From Candidatus Methanosuratincola mesotaenarum (GTDB taxonomy: Archaea > Thermoproteota > Methanomethylicia > Methanomethylicales > Methanomethylicaceae): a DNA stretch of 64,000 nt. Below are positions 8,634-19,047 of this stretch, one piece after another. The stretch's first letter is position 1. Every line of letters starts with the position of its first letter. Location: the NCBI GenBank assembly GCA_038801705.1, contig JAULTC010000001.1, positions 369,214 to 433,213 on the forward strand, in the 5' to 3' direction. The position numbers were made by a program, and so were the translations under genes. The notes under the pieces were generated by a model, which worked only from the letters and a program-made list of their open reading frames with translations, did no database searches and was not told where the DNA came from.

Positions 8634-10578
8634 TTCTAGCCGCTACGGCAACGAGTGTGGCCACGACCAAGTTCAGGACCACTATGAAAACAGTCCACTT
8701 GGCTCGGTATTCCTTCACCAACGTAGCAATGGTCGCCACGCAAGGCACGTACAGCACCATGAATATCGTGAAGACTGCCATCTGAACCGGGGACATGAGC
8801 AATGAAAAGTCCAGTGTGTTGGCGTATGTGGCAAGCATTACCAGGGCCATTTCCTTCCTGAGGATGCCGAAGATCATGGATATTCCGGCAGCAACCGGCA
8901 GCCCCAGCAGTCCGGAGGTGAAGGGGGCAAGGGCTAGGATCACTTGGTCCAAAAGCCCTAGGATCCGGAGGGCCTCTATTATTGCTGATCCAGCCACGAT
9001 CAGAGGGAGGCCGATATAGAGAAAGTCCTTTGTCTTGACCCAGGTCTTTTTCAGAACCAGCCAAGGCTTGAACAGGCGGATCCGTGGCATCTCCATTATG
9101 AGCCCCACTGATTCCCCAGGCATTGCCTTGAAGAGCAGGCGCCCGATGGCCATGACTACAAGGATGTCGAGCAAGTATATCCCCACAGCGGCTAGGAATC
9201 CAAGGTACTGCGCGGCTACACCCAGTATTATAACGGACCTGGCAGAGCAAGGTATCATCACCACAAGCGCCCCCAGTATCACCCGCTCCTTCCAGGTCTC
9301 CATTATCCTACAAGAGATGCAGGCAGGGACGCTGCACCCGTATCCGAGCAGCATCGGTATGAAAGCCTTGCCGTGGAGGCCCAGCTTGTGCATCAGCGAG
9401 TCCAGCAGGAAGGCTGCCCTCGGCAGGTACCCAGTATCCTCGAGCATCGACAGGATGAGATAGAACAGGAATATGTAGGAGATCACGATCGATACTGCTG
9501 CCATCACCCCGAACAGTATGCCGTCGATCACCAGGCTTGAGATGGATGGTCCAATTCCTAGGCTGACAAAGAGGTCTTGAATGAAGCCAGCCAGAAGACC
9601 AAAGTTCTCTTCGATAATGCCTGAGACCCACCCCCCTATAGCGAAGATCGAGAAGAATGTCCCGCCCAAGACAAGCAAGAGTATGAGGTACCCGAAGACG
9701 TGGTGAGAAAGCAGGGCCTCTATCCGCTCGGAACGGGTCCCTACTGGAGAAGCATGCATCACTGACGAGGACTTTATGATCCTTTGGATTGCAGAGTACC
9801 TCTCGGATGCAATCACAATGCTCGGCTCTTCGCCATGAATCATTTCCAGCTCGTTCTTCACGGCATTTATTCTACTTTTTAGATATGCGAGCTTTGGGAA
9901 GCGATCCTGCACCACAGGGTCGCCTTCCATGAGCTTTATTGCAACCCACTCTGGGTCGAGGTTTGCGGGTATCCCGAAGTCGGTGGTCTTGATCGCACTC
10001 GAGATCTCGGAGATTTTCTTTTCCACTTCCTTACCATACTTCAGCCTCTTCGGCGGCGCCGAGGAAATGCTGCCTATCGCAAGGTCTACAAGCTCGGCTA
10101 TTCCTGATCCGGAGATGGCATTGACCGCCACCACAGGAACGCCCAGCTCTCTCGACAGCGAGTTGATGTCTATCGCTATGCCTTTCCCCTTTGCATCCTC
10201 GACGAAGTTCAGGGCCACAACAAGCTTCACGCCCATCTCCATCAGCTGCAGCGTGAGGTAGAGGTTTCGCTCGAGTGCCATAGCATCGACCACATTCACA
10301 ACCACATGCGGATGCCCAGAGAGCAGGTAATCCCTCGCAACCACCTCCTCTTCAGAGTATGCAGAGAGAGAGTAGATCCCAGGCAGGTCGACCACATCTA
10401 TCCTGATCCCCCTGAATACCAAGGTTCCTCTTGCGATCTCCACGGTCTTTCCAGGCCAATTTCCCACCGACTGGTTCAGCCCGGTGAGCTGGTTGAATAT
10501 GGTGCTCTTACCCACGTTGGGGTTGCCGACGAGCGCAATCTCGATCCTACTCTCTTTATCCGACTTCCCAACGCCCAC
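8611..10578 (-). CDS. feoB: Ferrous iron transporter FeoB
   Basis: N-terminal G-domain [20 protein letters not shown] with the G1 motif, followed by a large polytopic membrane domain. 655 aa. Confidence 0.9.
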   Translation of the reverse strand: MGVGKSDKESRIEIALVGNPNVGKSTIFNQLTGLNQSVGNWPGKTVEIARGTLVFRGIRIDVVDLPGIYSLSAYSEEEVVARDYLLSGHPHVVVNVVDAMALERNLYLTLQLMEMGVKLVVALNFVEDAKGKGIAIDINSLSRELGVPVVAVNAISGSGIAELVDLAIGSISSAPPKRLKYGKEVEKKISEISSAIKTTDFGIPANLDPEWVAIKLMEGDPVVQDRFPKLAYLKSRINAVKNELEMIHGEEPSIVIASERYSAIQRIIKSSSVMHASPVGTRSERIEALLSHHVFGYLILLLVLGGTFFSIFAIGGWVSGIIEENFGLLAGFIQDLFVSLGIGPSISSLVIDGILFGVMAAVSIVISYIFLFYLILSMLEDTGYLPRAAFLLDSLMHKLGLHGKAFIPMLLGYGCSVPACISCRIMETWKERVILGALVVMIPCSARSVIILGVAAQYLGFLAAVGIYLLDILVVMAIGRLLFKAMPGESVGLIMEMPRIRLFKPWLVLKKTWVKTKDFLYIGLPLIVAGSAIIEALRILGLLDQVILALAPFTSGLLGLPVAAGISMIFGILRKEMALVMLATYANTLDFSLLMSPVQMAVFTIFMVLYVPCVATIATLVKEYRAKWTVFIVVLNLVVATLVAVAARIILGLIF

Positions 10579-10589
10579 AGAAAGCCCCC

Positions 10590-11030
10590 CTAGAGCTGTT
10601 TTACAAGTATCTTCGAGGCGATTCCCCTACCAATGGCAATTTCGCAGGATCTGACCTCGAGTATTATTGGCCCGCCCATCAAGCCCTTCTTCAGCACCCT
10701 GAACTTAGTTCCAGGGGTGAGGCCGAGATCGCAGAGTCGCATAATCAGCCTGTGACCACCGACTGCAAGGACTATTTCGCCTTCCCTCCCTTCCTCGAGG
10801 GCCGCCAAGGTGACGAGCTCTTCGAAGGCGTAGCGCTTGTTCTTCGAGAGCCTGTAGTATTCATCGATAAGATCGCGATCCGGTTTCTCATTCTCATCAC
10901 TGGACCCTTCTGCTTGATTGGCCGAACGGGGAGTATCGCGCTGATCATCTCCACCCTTGTCCATGCTTGGATCAGGTCTCCTGCCTAATAGAAAGGCTAA
11001 CGCTGCAGGCGGTGCATCGGACAACCTCAT
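10590..11030 (-). CDS. feoA: FeoA-domain protein
   Basis: C-terminal FeoA SH3-like domain ([43 protein letters not shown]). Sits directly upstream of feoB. Confidence 0.75.
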   Translation of the reverse strand: MRLSDAPPAALAFLLGRRPDPSMDKGGDDQRDTPRSANQAEGSSDENEKPDRDLIDEYYRLSKNKRYAFEELVTLAALEEGREGEIVLAVGGHRLIMRLCDLGLTPGTKFRVLKKGLMGGPIILEVRSCEIAIGRGIASKILVKQL

Positions 11031-11527
11031 TTCCCCTCCTCAAAGCTTATCGGTATCGGCTTCCCGTGTGGGCAGCATTTTGGTTTACCCAACTTTTCGT
11101 AGAGACGCAGTAATACCCTGTCGCTTATGTGGTGCTCAATCCCGCAGATCTCGTCTGAAACCTCCTCGGGAGCCATGCCGAGGTACTGGTGGAAGAAGCA
11201 CTCGAGTATCCTGTGCCTTGAGAGGACCGCCCTTGCCATCGAGCGGCCCATTTCGGTAAGGCGAACTCCCCCGTAATCGACCCTTATAACAAAGCCCTTT
11301 TCAGACAGGCGCTGCGTCATCTCGGTCGCTGTCGAAGGGAAGACCCCGAGGGCGCCTGAGATCTCTTTGATCCTGACTAGCGCTCTGGAGGATTCCTCAG
11401 AGAGTACGTATATTAACTCAAGGTAGTCGTCCGGATTTTTTTGCTCGCGGTGAACCATTGCAGACACAATTTTCGGTGTGGCTAAAAAATATATAAATTT
11501 TTCGTCTTTACGAAAAATTTTAGTCAT
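11027..11527 (-). CDS. DtxR/MntR-family metal-dependent transcriptional repressor
   Basis: N-terminal wHTH (DYLELIYVLSEE), metal-binding and dimerisation regions, and a C-terminal Cys/His-rich tail. It overlaps the feoA start by 4 nt, which suggests an operon. Confidence 0.8.
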   Translation of the reverse strand: MTKIFRKDEKFIYFLATPKIVSAMVHREQKNPDDYLELIYVLSEESSRALVRIKEISGALGVFPSTATEMTQRLSEKGFVIRVDYGGVRLTEMGRSMARAVLSRHRILECFFHQYLGMAPEEVSDEICGIEHHISDRVLLRLYEKLGKPKCCPHGKPIPISFEEGK

Positions 11528-11850
11528 GACAGATCCTTGTACTTTTTCGCGATCGAACTTTCCTTGCCTCGAAAAGTCTCGTAAGGTCCATAGAGTGCCT
11601 TGATGCCCCTCAGGGTCTCGCGGATCGCATCCTCGCCCTCAGCCTCCACAGTTATCCGCATGATGTCGATCTGGTATGCCTTCACGATGGCTTTGGATAT
11701 GAAGCCTGGAGCCCCGATCTTGTCAGGGATTGTCGTGACCTTAGAACCTGCCCTGATGGCAATCTCCTCAAGATCCTTAATGGTTATCCGCTGTCCCCTG
11801 AGGCGGAATAGATCATTAACGAAATAATAGATGGTTGTTGAAAGGGTCAT
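11524..11850 (-). CDS. Hypothetical protein (108 aa), co-oriented with the dtxR-feoAB operon
   Basis: Its stop overlaps the dtxR start by 4 nt. No recognisable motif. Confidence 0.4.
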   Translation of the reverse strand: MTLSTTIYYFVNDLFRLRGQRITIKDLEEIAIRAGSKVTTIPDKIGAPGFISKAIVKAYQIDIMRITVEAEGEDAIRETLRGIKALYGPYETFRGKESSIAKKYKDLS

Positions 11851-11862
11851 TTCTGCATCACC

Positions 11863-12891
11863 TCACTTGTATATCGGCGGAAGGTTAAACCCTTCTTTTC
11901 TCAGTTCTGAGAGAGCATCATCATAATAGGTGCTGTCCAGCCTTGATATCAAAAGATTGTAATCGTTCTCCGAGAGCAGGGAAGGCCGCAGTAGCTGGTA
12001 GAACGACTGGAGCTCGCTCTCGTTGAAGTAACAGCTGAGCGGGTTCCTTGCCTGGTTTATCCGAGGGTCGATCCTGATTACGCTATCATAGATGACCTCC
12101 CAAGACATTCCAGGGAGGTATTGCTTTATCATGGGCAGTGCATTGCCTGGCTCGGAATACGTGAACGCCTCTGCCTTCATGAGGGCTTTTATGAATTTGG
12201 TCACCGCATCCGGGTTTTTGGAGGCGAAGGACGACTGGAACACCTGGAGGCAGCATGGGTAATCTACAGGGTAGACCTCCATGTCCCACTGGACAATATC
12301 CAGGCCACGGTACAATGCCCAAGAAGAGTACGGCTCCCACAGGAAGGCGGCGTTCACCGTATCGTTCTCGAGTGCGATCAAGGCATCGGCAGGCGACAGG
12401 TAAGGCGAGAAGGTGGCATTGATATTTTCTTCCTCAATCACCTTCGTGAATATGAAGTCTCCTGGCACATAGCGTACCGTTCCGACTTTCTTGCCATCTA
12501 GATCTTGGATAGATCTTATCCCTGAAGTGTTCTTTGCAACAAGGGCTGTCCCATCCAACGAGTTCCCTGCTACTACAACTGCGTCGATGTTCTTTATAAA
12601 AACGGCTATCGCAACGGATGTGATTGGTGCGCCATCGATCTTGTCTTCAGAAAAGGCATTGACCAAATCGCCTACACTATCATACTCAATCAGCGTTACA
12701 TTCAAGCCCTCGTCCTCAAAGAAGCCGCCTTCGTATGCAACCCAAATGAGGCCATAGCTCGCTGCAGGGAGGTACCCAATCCGTATCTCGGTCGCAGGGG
12801 GCTTGTACAGGAAGATGAAACCCGCCGCAACCAGAACTGCCACTATTGCAAGAGCCGAGACCAAAATTAATCGCTTGTTCATAAAAGACAT
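11863..12891 (-). CDS. ABC-transporter substrate-binding protein (NMT1/SsuA-like)
   Basis: N-terminal TM/signal anchor, then the …IGYLPAASYGLIWVAYEGGFFEDEGLNVTLIEYDSVGDLVNAF… fold pattern of NitT/TauT-type binding proteins. No permease or ATPase is adjacent. Confidence 0.65.
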   Translation of the reverse strand: MSFMNKRLILVSALAIVAVLVAAGFIFLYKPPATEIRIGYLPAASYGLIWVAYEGGFFEDEGLNVTLIEYDSVGDLVNAFSEDKIDGAPITSVAIAVFIKNIDAVVVAGNSLDGTALVAKNTSGIRSIQDLDGKKVGTVRYVPGDFIFTKVIEEENINATFSPYLSPADALIALENDTVNAAFLWEPYSSWALYRGLDIVQWDMEVYPVDYPCCLQVFQSSFASKNPDAVTKFIKALMKAEAFTYSEPGNALPMIKQYLPGMSWEVIYDSVIRIDPRINQARNPLSCYFNESELQSFYQLLRPSLLSENDYNLLISRLDSTYYDDALSELRKEGFNLPPIYK

Positions 12892-12906
12892 TATGGAATG
12901 CCCTAA

Positions 12907-13122
12907 TTAATCTGTTTTTGTGCTGGCATGCTTGCTTGCACGTGCTGACTTCAGCTTCGCAAGAACTGCCGGCACATCCTTTGAATCTAAGTGCTCGAAG
13001 ATCCTGACGCTCCTTGAAGCTTCGTTCCTGGATCCGCAGTAGGCGCATGTGAAGGTCTTTGATCCCTCCTGGCTGGCGCATGGCTGGCCGCACTTCCTGC
13101 ACAGCAAGATACGGTAGAGCAT
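12907..13122 (-). CDS. Small zinc-ribbon protein
   Basis: CRKCG…CAYCG, i.e. two CxxC pairs. 71 aa. Confidence 0.5.
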   Translation of the reverse strand: MLYRILLCRKCGQPCASQEGSKTFTCAYCGSRNEASRSVRIFEHLDSKDVPAVLAKLKSARASKHASTKTD

Positions 13123-13239
13123 TTATCTTTCGACCGCCTGAGAGTGAATTTTCTTGGACAGGATTTCAAATTAATCCGATTATTTTATAAATATGGCGAT
13201 ACCAGATAAAATCAACCGTAATTCAGGTGAAGCACAAAC

Positions 13240-13548
13240 TTGAGTGAGATATGTTCTAAGTGCGGACTTCCAAAAGACCTATGTGTTTGTGAAGCGATAG
13301 TAAAAGAGCAACAGAGGATCAGGGTGTTTTTGGAAAAGAGGAAATGGGGAAGGGATGTAACAATAATCGAGGGCATCGACGAGAAGAGCATCAACCTCAA
13401 AGAGCTCTCGGGCAGACTGAAGAGCAGACTGGCATGTGGAGGGACGGATAAAGACGGCAGGATAGAGCTCCAAGGGGACCACAGGGAGAGGGCCGCAGAG
13501 ATCCTAGTGGAGAGCGGTTTCCCGGGCGACAACATCGACATCGAATAG
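13240..13548 (+). CDS. Translation initiation factor SUI1 (aSUI1/eIF1 homolog)
   Basis: 102 aa. N-terminal Zn motif CSKCGLPKDLCVCE, then a conserved SUI1 core (IRVFLEKRKWGRDVTIIEG…LKSRLACGGT). Confidence 0.85.
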   Translation: MSEICSKCGLPKDLCVCEAIVKEQQRIRVFLEKRKWGRDVTIIEGIDEKSINLKELSGRLKSRLACGGTDKDGRIELQGDHRERAAEILVESGFPGDNIDIE

Positions 13549-13563
13549 GCATGGAAGGAACAA

Positions 13564-13791
13564 ATGCCAATGGAAGAAATAAAGGACGTGGTCTCCTCTA
13601 TCCGGAGGGGCATGGGCGTGAAGGTTTGCCCTGAGTGCGGCAGTATGGACGTTTCCCCAAGGACTATGACTGGCTACATATCCCAACCTACTTACGTCTG
13701 CAACAGATGTGGGTTCCAGAGCACGGTATTCCCTGAAGTTGACATGGATGAACTGAAGGGAAGAGAGGAAGTAAAAAAAGATAGGTCTTAG
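13564..13791 (+). CDS. Small zinc-ribbon protein
   Basis: CPECG…CNRCG, 75 aa. Confidence 0.45.
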   Translation: MPMEEIKDVVSSIRRGMGVKVCPECGSMDVSPRTMTGYISQPTYVCNRCGFQSTVFPEVDMDELKGREEVKKDRS

Positions 13792-13794
13792 AGG

Positions 13795-14793
13795 CTACTG
13801 GAGAGGCACTTCGATATTCAGTTCCTTCATCAGTTCTTTGTACCTGTTTCTGACGGTTACCTCTGTGACTTGGGCTGCCTGCGCGATCTCCTTCTGCGTC
13901 CTCCGCTCATTCTCGAGAAGCGAGGCGACGTATATCGCAGCTGCCGCGAGACCGGCAGGGTCCTTCCCGGCAGTGATCCCCATCTTCTTTGCATCCCTGA
14001 TTATCTCTGCTGCCTTGTGCTGCGTGGTCCCGCTCAGCTCTAGAGCCCCACCGATCCTGGTTATGAAGTCGATCGGGTCTGCTATCGGGATATCGACGTC
14101 GACTTCCCTTAGCAGGAGCCTATAGCACCGGGCCACGTCCTTCCTGCCAGCCTTTGTGTACCTTGCTATCTCGTCTAACGTGCGCGGGACCTTCTGCGTC
14201 CTGCATGCGGCATAGATCGCTGCTGCCATTACGGACTCGATCGATCTGCCCCGGACCAGGCCCTTCTCGACAGCCTTCCGGTATATGACTGCGGACTCCT
14301 CCTTTACGCTCTTTGGCAGGCCGATCTGTGAGCTTATCCGATCCAGTTCGCTCATTGCCTGCGCGAGGTTCCGATCCATAGAGCTGTGGACGCGTGTCCT
14401 GATCTGCCACTTCCGCCACCTTAGGATCTCTATCCTCTTCTTCGGCTCGAGTTTCCGACCCATGGCATCCTTGTCGCGCCAATCGATTATCGTGGAAAGC
14501 CCCCTGTCATGGACCGTGGGGGACAACGGTGATCCCACACGGCTTCTCTTGTCGCGCTCCTCTGAGGTGAATGCCCTCCATTCGGGACCGCGGTCAATGA
14601 TCTTCTCTGTCACCACCAGCCCGCAGTTTGTGCAGGTCACTTCGCCTCTTTCGAAGCTCCTTACGAAACTCGTACCCCCGCAAGCTGGGCACTTCAGTGA
14701 AGCGGACTCATTTTCCGAGTCTCGGTCCGCATTGTCAACCTTTCCAGCAGGCTCGTCGTTCTTAGCCTCTAGTTTAGACGACAATAACTTCAC
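13795..14793 (-). CDS. tfb: Transcription initiation factor IIB (TFB)
   Basis: N-terminal Zn ribbon (CPACGGTSF…CTNCG) followed by two cyclin-fold repeats and the conserved [13 protein letters not shown]-terminus. Confidence 0.95.
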   Translation of the reverse strand: MKLLSSKLEAKNDEPAGKVDNADRDSENESASLKCPACGGTSFVRSFERGEVTCTNCGLVVTEKIIDRGPEWRAFTSEERDKRSRVGSPLSPTVHDRGLSTIIDWRDKDAMGRKLEPKKRIEILRWRKWQIRTRVHSSMDRNLAQAMSELDRISSQIGLPKSVKEESAVIYRKAVEKGLVRGRSIESVMAAAIYAACRTQKVPRTLDEIARYTKAGRKDVARCYRLLLREVDVDIPIADPIDFITRIGGALELSGTTQHKAAEIIRDAKKMGITAGKDPAGLAAAAIYVASLLENERRTQKEIAQAAQVTEVTVRNRYKELMKELNIEVPLQ

Positions 14794-14835
14794 CTTTTTG
14801 ATGAAAATTCAATAGGGTAAAAAACTTACATTTTT

Positions 14836-14851
14836 CTAAAATATAAGTATT
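14836..14851 (-). promoter_or_regulatory. BRE/TATA-like element upstream of tfb
   Basis: The minus strand reads cgaaatacttatatttt about 45 nt upstream of the TFB ATG. The same CGAAAT+TTATAT arrangement precedes the thermosome gene. Confidence 0.4.
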
Positions 14852-14967
14852 TCGATTTGTTTATAAAATAGAGAAAAAACACTCTCTTAAGTGTTTTGTT
14901 TTTCCGGGGAAAAACATTTCGCAGAAGCCCGATCAGCTCAAGATCATCTTTTAAACTAGGCATCCGA

Positions 14968-14981
14968 TAAAGATAAATTTA
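14968..14981 (+). promoter_or_regulatory. TATA-like box for tRNA-Gln
   Basis: aaagataaattta is centred about 26 nt upstream of the tRNA 5' end. Confidence 0.4.
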
Positions 14982-15000
14982 CCAAATATTTTTTGTATTC

Positions 15001-15076
15001 AGCCCGGTGGTGTAGCGGCCAAGCATAGCGGGCTCTGGACCCGCCGACAGGAGTTCGAATCTCCTCCGGGCTACCA
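15001..15076 (+). tRNA. tRNA-Gln (anticodon CUG), CCA encoded
   Basis: Manual fold: 7-bp acceptor stem AGCCCGG/CCGGGCU, anticodon stem GCGGG/CCCGC with loop CUCUGGA giving anticodon CUG, T-arm AGGAG-TTCGAAT-CTCCT. 76 nt including CCA. Confidence 0.85.
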
Positions 15077-15239
15077 TCCTCTAGAGTGTGATTTATACTT
15101 TTCAAGATGGCGAACAGGAGGCTCGTCATTTCCCTTCTTTCTTTTTCTACTCTCTAGAGGGTTGGTAAGAGGTTTATTCGATGGAGAATTTCATGGTTAG
15201 TTTTCTCATCTTAGAAGCATTTTCGCAGGAGACACATAT

Positions 15240-15737
15240 TTGAAGATTTACAGTGATAACCCTAACCTTCCGTACAAAAGCACCAAACTGAAGGCACTTT
15301 ACACGAAGAGCGAGATTGACGGTTTGTTCGCCAAGTGGGGCGTGAGGGATGTTTATTGGCATTGGGACCCAGAACACAACGACGTTTTTGTCCAGTTCAA
15401 GATAGTCGAAGAAATCGACGGCATGCCTTTGCAAGTCTCGGCTAAGGTTGAGGCGCCTGCCATTTGGGATCGCGAAACGCGTGCTAAAGCTGAAGGCGTA
15501 AACTGGAACATCAGCATGCGGGTCATGTTCTGGTTCATCAAGTCGCATTTGGAAGCGGCCTATCTGTTGCAGAGTTCCAAGACCGCTGCGTTTCTGCCCT
15601 ACATTGCCTCAAATGACGGCGCCAAAGTCCTGAAGGACGTGATTATTCCAAGGATGAATGAGCTCCAACAGCTAGCGGCTCTGCCTGAAGGTCCCAACAG
15701 TCGAAAAGTGATGGATGTCGAGGGTGAGGAGGCTTAA
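15240..15737 (+). CDS. Hypothetical protein (TTG start), element-borne
   Basis: 165-aa ORF with no recognisable motifs. Confidence 0.4.
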   Translation: MKIYSDNPNLPYKSTKLKALYTKSEIDGLFAKWGVRDVYWHWDPEHNDVFVQFKIVEEIDGMPLQVSAKVEAPAIWDRETRAKAEGVNWNISMRVMFWFIKSHLEAAYLLQSSKTAAFLPYIASNDGAKVLKDVIIPRMNELQQLAALPEGPNSRKVMDVEGEEA

Positions 15738-15739
15738 GC

Positions 15740-16063
15740 TTGAAAAAGTACAAGACATGGGCAAGCTTGAACGCTGAAGGACAAGCAGCTTGGGGCCATG
15801 TCTTTCCCGACGGCGAAGTACCAGTCCAAAGCATTATCGCACAAGCTGCAACTCTGGAGGGCATCGCCGAGACCGAGAGAGTTTTTCTCGTTGACTGGAG
15901 GGCGCTAACCGAGCAACAGCAGAATGAAGTTCTTGAGAAGCTGAGCAAGCGAAGCAGTGCAGCCAAAGATGCAATACTCAAAGACATCCTGAAAATCGGT
16001 TTGCCGTTGCGGGAAAAATACACTGACGGCTGCGGAACAACTCGGATGGCACTTTTCCTCTAA
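15740..16063 (+). CDS. Hypothetical protein, element-borne
   Basis: 107-aa ORF directly following the previous gene. Confidence 0.4.
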   Translation: MKKYKTWASLNAEGQAAWGHVFPDGEVPVQSIIAQAATLEGIAETERVFLVDWRALTEQQQNEVLEKLSKRSSAAKDAILKDILKIGLPLREKYTDGCGTTRMALFL

Positions 16064-16076
16064 AGGTGAACATGGT

Positions 16077-16815
16077 TTGGCTGAACGCTCTGATAGAAGT
16101 CAAAATTTCTCTGTTTCAAAGTCAAAAGTCAAATTTGACTTCACTACCGTTCGCACCAGAGTCATCCCAATACTCAAGCAAGTGCAGGTCGGTGACTACC
16201 CTGACAAGATCGGGCGCACATATGGTTGGAGCAAACAGCATGTATCATACTACCTAAACAAGTTGGAAAAGGCTGGTTTGGTCTGTCGCAAACGGCTTAG
16301 CAGTGCGGTTTTTTGAGTTAACGCTTAGAGGTCAAAATTTTCTCGGCTCATGTGAGGGCATGCTTTTCGGCTCGGGCGTGTTCCGTTTGGAGAAGGTGCA
16401 GTACAGGTATGTGATTTTGGCTGAAGGCATGTTGCCTAAGGATTTTAGGCGTATCGAGATGCAGAACTGGACTGCGCTATTAGGCTTAAAGCAGGGTGTA
16501 AAGGTTAGGCATACTTCGCGGAGTTGGATTGTGCATGTTGAGACTTTGTATGGCCTTAGTCCGGATGAATTGTTTACGTTATCAAAGAATTTGGCTGACC
16601 ATGTAGCTAAAGGCTTGATGGTTAAGTATGGCTGTCGACTGGCTGAAGGTGAAATTTGTCGTGGGCATGAGATTGCGATTGATGATCCTGTGGCTCAGCT
16701 GCTTAGCCGATACTTCACGGTCAGCATACCTGGTAAGTGCCATATGGACCATAGCCGTGGAGAGCTTGAGGGTGAGATTGATTTTACGGAGACATGGCGG
16801 TTGAGTATTTGCTGA
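16077..16815 (+). pseudogene. wHTH-domain protein, apparently split by a frameshift in a T6 run
   Basis: ORF 16077-16316 has a wHTH (…GRTYGWSKQHVSYYLNKLEKAGLVCRK) and ends …SSAVF*. ORF 16303-16815 starts MRFFELTL in the adjacent frame across ttttttt at 16306-16311. A 1-nt indel would fuse them into one protein of about 245 aa. Confidence 0.4.
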
Positions 16816-16909
16816 TGCCTGAGCGTGTGAAGAAGCCAGGAAAGCGGTACATAAGCTGTAAACAGCATTCCAGTTGAGTATTTGCTGATGCCTGAGCGTG
16901 TGAAGAAGC
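16801..16909. repeat. 36-bp perfect direct repeat (two copies, 73-bp period)
   Basis: ttgagtatttgctgatgcctgagcgtgtgaagaagc occurs at 16801-16836 and again at 16874-16909. Copy 1 overlaps the stop of the upstream gene. Each copy contains ATGCCTGAGCGTGTGAAGAAG (MPERVKK). Confidence 0.9.
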
Positions 16910-17323
16910 TGGGAGGGGCAGCTGAGAGATTTAGTTGCTGCAAAAAAGCCCGTTGGGGTTATCGCAGAGGCACTTGGCAAGTCTAAGGAAAGCGTGCGTT
17001 TGAAGATGATGCGCTTGGGATTAGTTGTTGATGAACAAGCGAATTTTCAGTGTTCAACTTCAACTAAGCTTGAGCTGCCCGAGATTCTTCCAAGCATCGA
17101 GACGACGCTCAAGAAGCTTGTGGCAGCCATGAACGCGTTAGAGAAGCCTGGATTGTCCAAGACTGAGATTTCGAGGCTGCGCTCTATCATTCAAGCGGCT
17201 AGCGTTTACCAAGTGAAGATTGCTGAGTATATGGATCACCGTGGGATTGAAGCGAAACTGATTGATTTGGATGAGAAGTATGCTCGATTGGTTCGTGAAA
17301 AAGGCAAAGACTCTAAGGCTTGA
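16874..17323 (+). pseudogene. Terminase small-subunit-like HTH protein (frameshifted near its start)
   Basis: MPERVKK… at 16880 shifts in a G-run (gggagggg, about 16905-16913) into the frame that reads …QLRDLVAAKKPVGVIAEALGKSKESVRLKMMRLGLVVDEQ… (HTH), and then into the annotated 109-aa ORF. It sits immediately upstream of the large terminase subunit. Confidence 0.4.
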
Positions 17324-18565
17324 CGAGTTTAAGCCGAAATGGGGTCGCCTGCAAGGTAACAAGGCGGAAATAGATCAGGCTGAGGTTAGGCATGCTCAGC
17401 AGCTCAGTTCTGTTCCGTTAGAGTTTTGCAGGCAAATCATCGATTTTGAGCCCACGGAGTATCAGAAGGAGCTCATCAAGCTTTACGAGGAAAACCAGTT
17501 TCTGGCTGCAAGGTGGTGCCGTCAGAGCAGGAAAAGCTGGATTATCTCTGCGCTTCTACTTGACGATGCGGTGCATATTGCTGACAGTTATATTGCGGTT
17601 ATGGGTCCAAGTTGGCGTCAGACAAAGCTGAATATCCGTCGCATAGCCATGTTTGAGCGGAAGCTTTCGCAGGGTTCTTACTTGAAGCCTCAGAAGACCA
17701 GGTTAGCTTTTCCCAACGGCAGTGTGATTGAAGCTTTCCCAAATAATCCTGATACGTGCCGTGGTTTTTCGTTGACTCGCGTGTGGTGGGAGAAGTTAAT
17801 TTTACAGCGAATGACCAGGATCTGTTAGATGCTATATTGTTTGCTTTGGGCACGACTAACGGGAAGCTTGTTTGCACGAGTAAGCCATTTAACACGGATA
17901 GCGTTTTTTGGAAGATGTGCAATCATAAGGATTATTCGGATTTTGCGAGATATCATGTTTCATGGCAGCGAGTAGTTGAGCCTCATGGTCCTTGGAAGCA
18001 GTCTTTCCTTGAAAAGATTAAGCGGCAGTTCGGTGAGGATCCTGTGCGTTGGCGTAGAGATGGAGGCCGAGTGGGCGGAGGACGAGGATTTTTGGCTGCC
18101 GCAATCGCTGATTGTCAGCTGCATTGGTACGATCAAAAGTTGTGGTGAGGATCTTCAGCCTTGGGATTCAGAGAAAGGCTATGATGGAGAGCTCTGCGGG
18201 TTTAGATCTTGCTCAAGTGAAGGACTATTGTGTCCTCTGTTTTTCAGCGGCTGAATGATGCACTTTTGCTTAGGCACCTGAAGATTTTCAGTCAACCAAC
18301 GAAATATGCATCTGTACTTGGCTATTTGAAGATGCTGCAGGATCGTTGGGGCGGATTCCAGAAGATACGGGTTGACTTCACCAAGGAAGGACCCAGCATA
18401 ATCAGAGATATGGAGGCTGCTGGCATCAAAAATGCTGAAGGCGTCAACTTCAGTTTGCCCAGAAAGAGCGAGATGGCAGGCTTGCTTCAGCAGCTTATAA
18501 CTACAAAGCAGGCTTGCCTTTTATTGAGCCGATACTCAAGCAGCTTGAAACGGCAAAGAACCTAA
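17262..18565 (+). pseudogene. Terminase large subunit, broken into at least 3 frames
   Basis: ATPase-domain motifs …AARWCRQSRKSWIIS… (Walker-A-like) and …NGSVIEAFPNNPDTCRGFS…. The frame-shifted continuation …VVGEVNFTANDQDLLDAILFALGTTNGKLVCTSKPFNTDSVFWKMC matches the terminase (S/T)TP-like region. Further pieces lie in other frames (17976-18254, 18230-18565). Confidence 0.55.
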
Positions 18566-19047
18566 CGAGACAAAAGGAAGCGGAATTGGTTAAGGCGCAA
18601 CAAACCAACCTCCTTGATTACCAAAAGAAAATAGATGATTATCGGGAATTAGTGAAGAAAAAAGTCGAGGAGCCAGAATTTCAATCATAGCTGCCAACAC
18701 ATTCCATCGAACAAGAGCCCGGGGGTTAGAACCTTAAGTTGCTTCAATAGTTCTTTGAGCCTTCTTCGAACACTTCCGTGGTTAGACTTCATCGCCCTAT
18801 CCCAATGGAATCTTGTACAAACCCTGGAAAATCCGGTAACTTGGCAAGATATTAACCAAAAACGAGCGTTTTCCAAGCCTTTTTTACCCGTTCTGGAAGG
18901 CGACGAACTCTTTATCGAGTTGCGGTCAGAAGGACGAAGTTGCCTTTCTCCTCATGTTACCGAAGAGCATTTTTATCTTGCTTTGTCTGTTGTCAACGAA
19001 GAGAAAAGTATTTAAAGTAAGAAAGTAAGAATGAATTAGATCATGCG

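Larger units (their letters stand above)
15077..19000 (+). mobile_element. Integrated element / provirus remnant adjacent to tRNA-Gln
   Basis: It begins directly 3' of a tRNA. All genes are on the plus strand and most have no recognisable homology. It contains frameshifted terminase small and large subunits. No integrase or att duplication was detected, so it is probably an old, decaying insertion. The boundaries are approximate. Confidence 0.45.
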
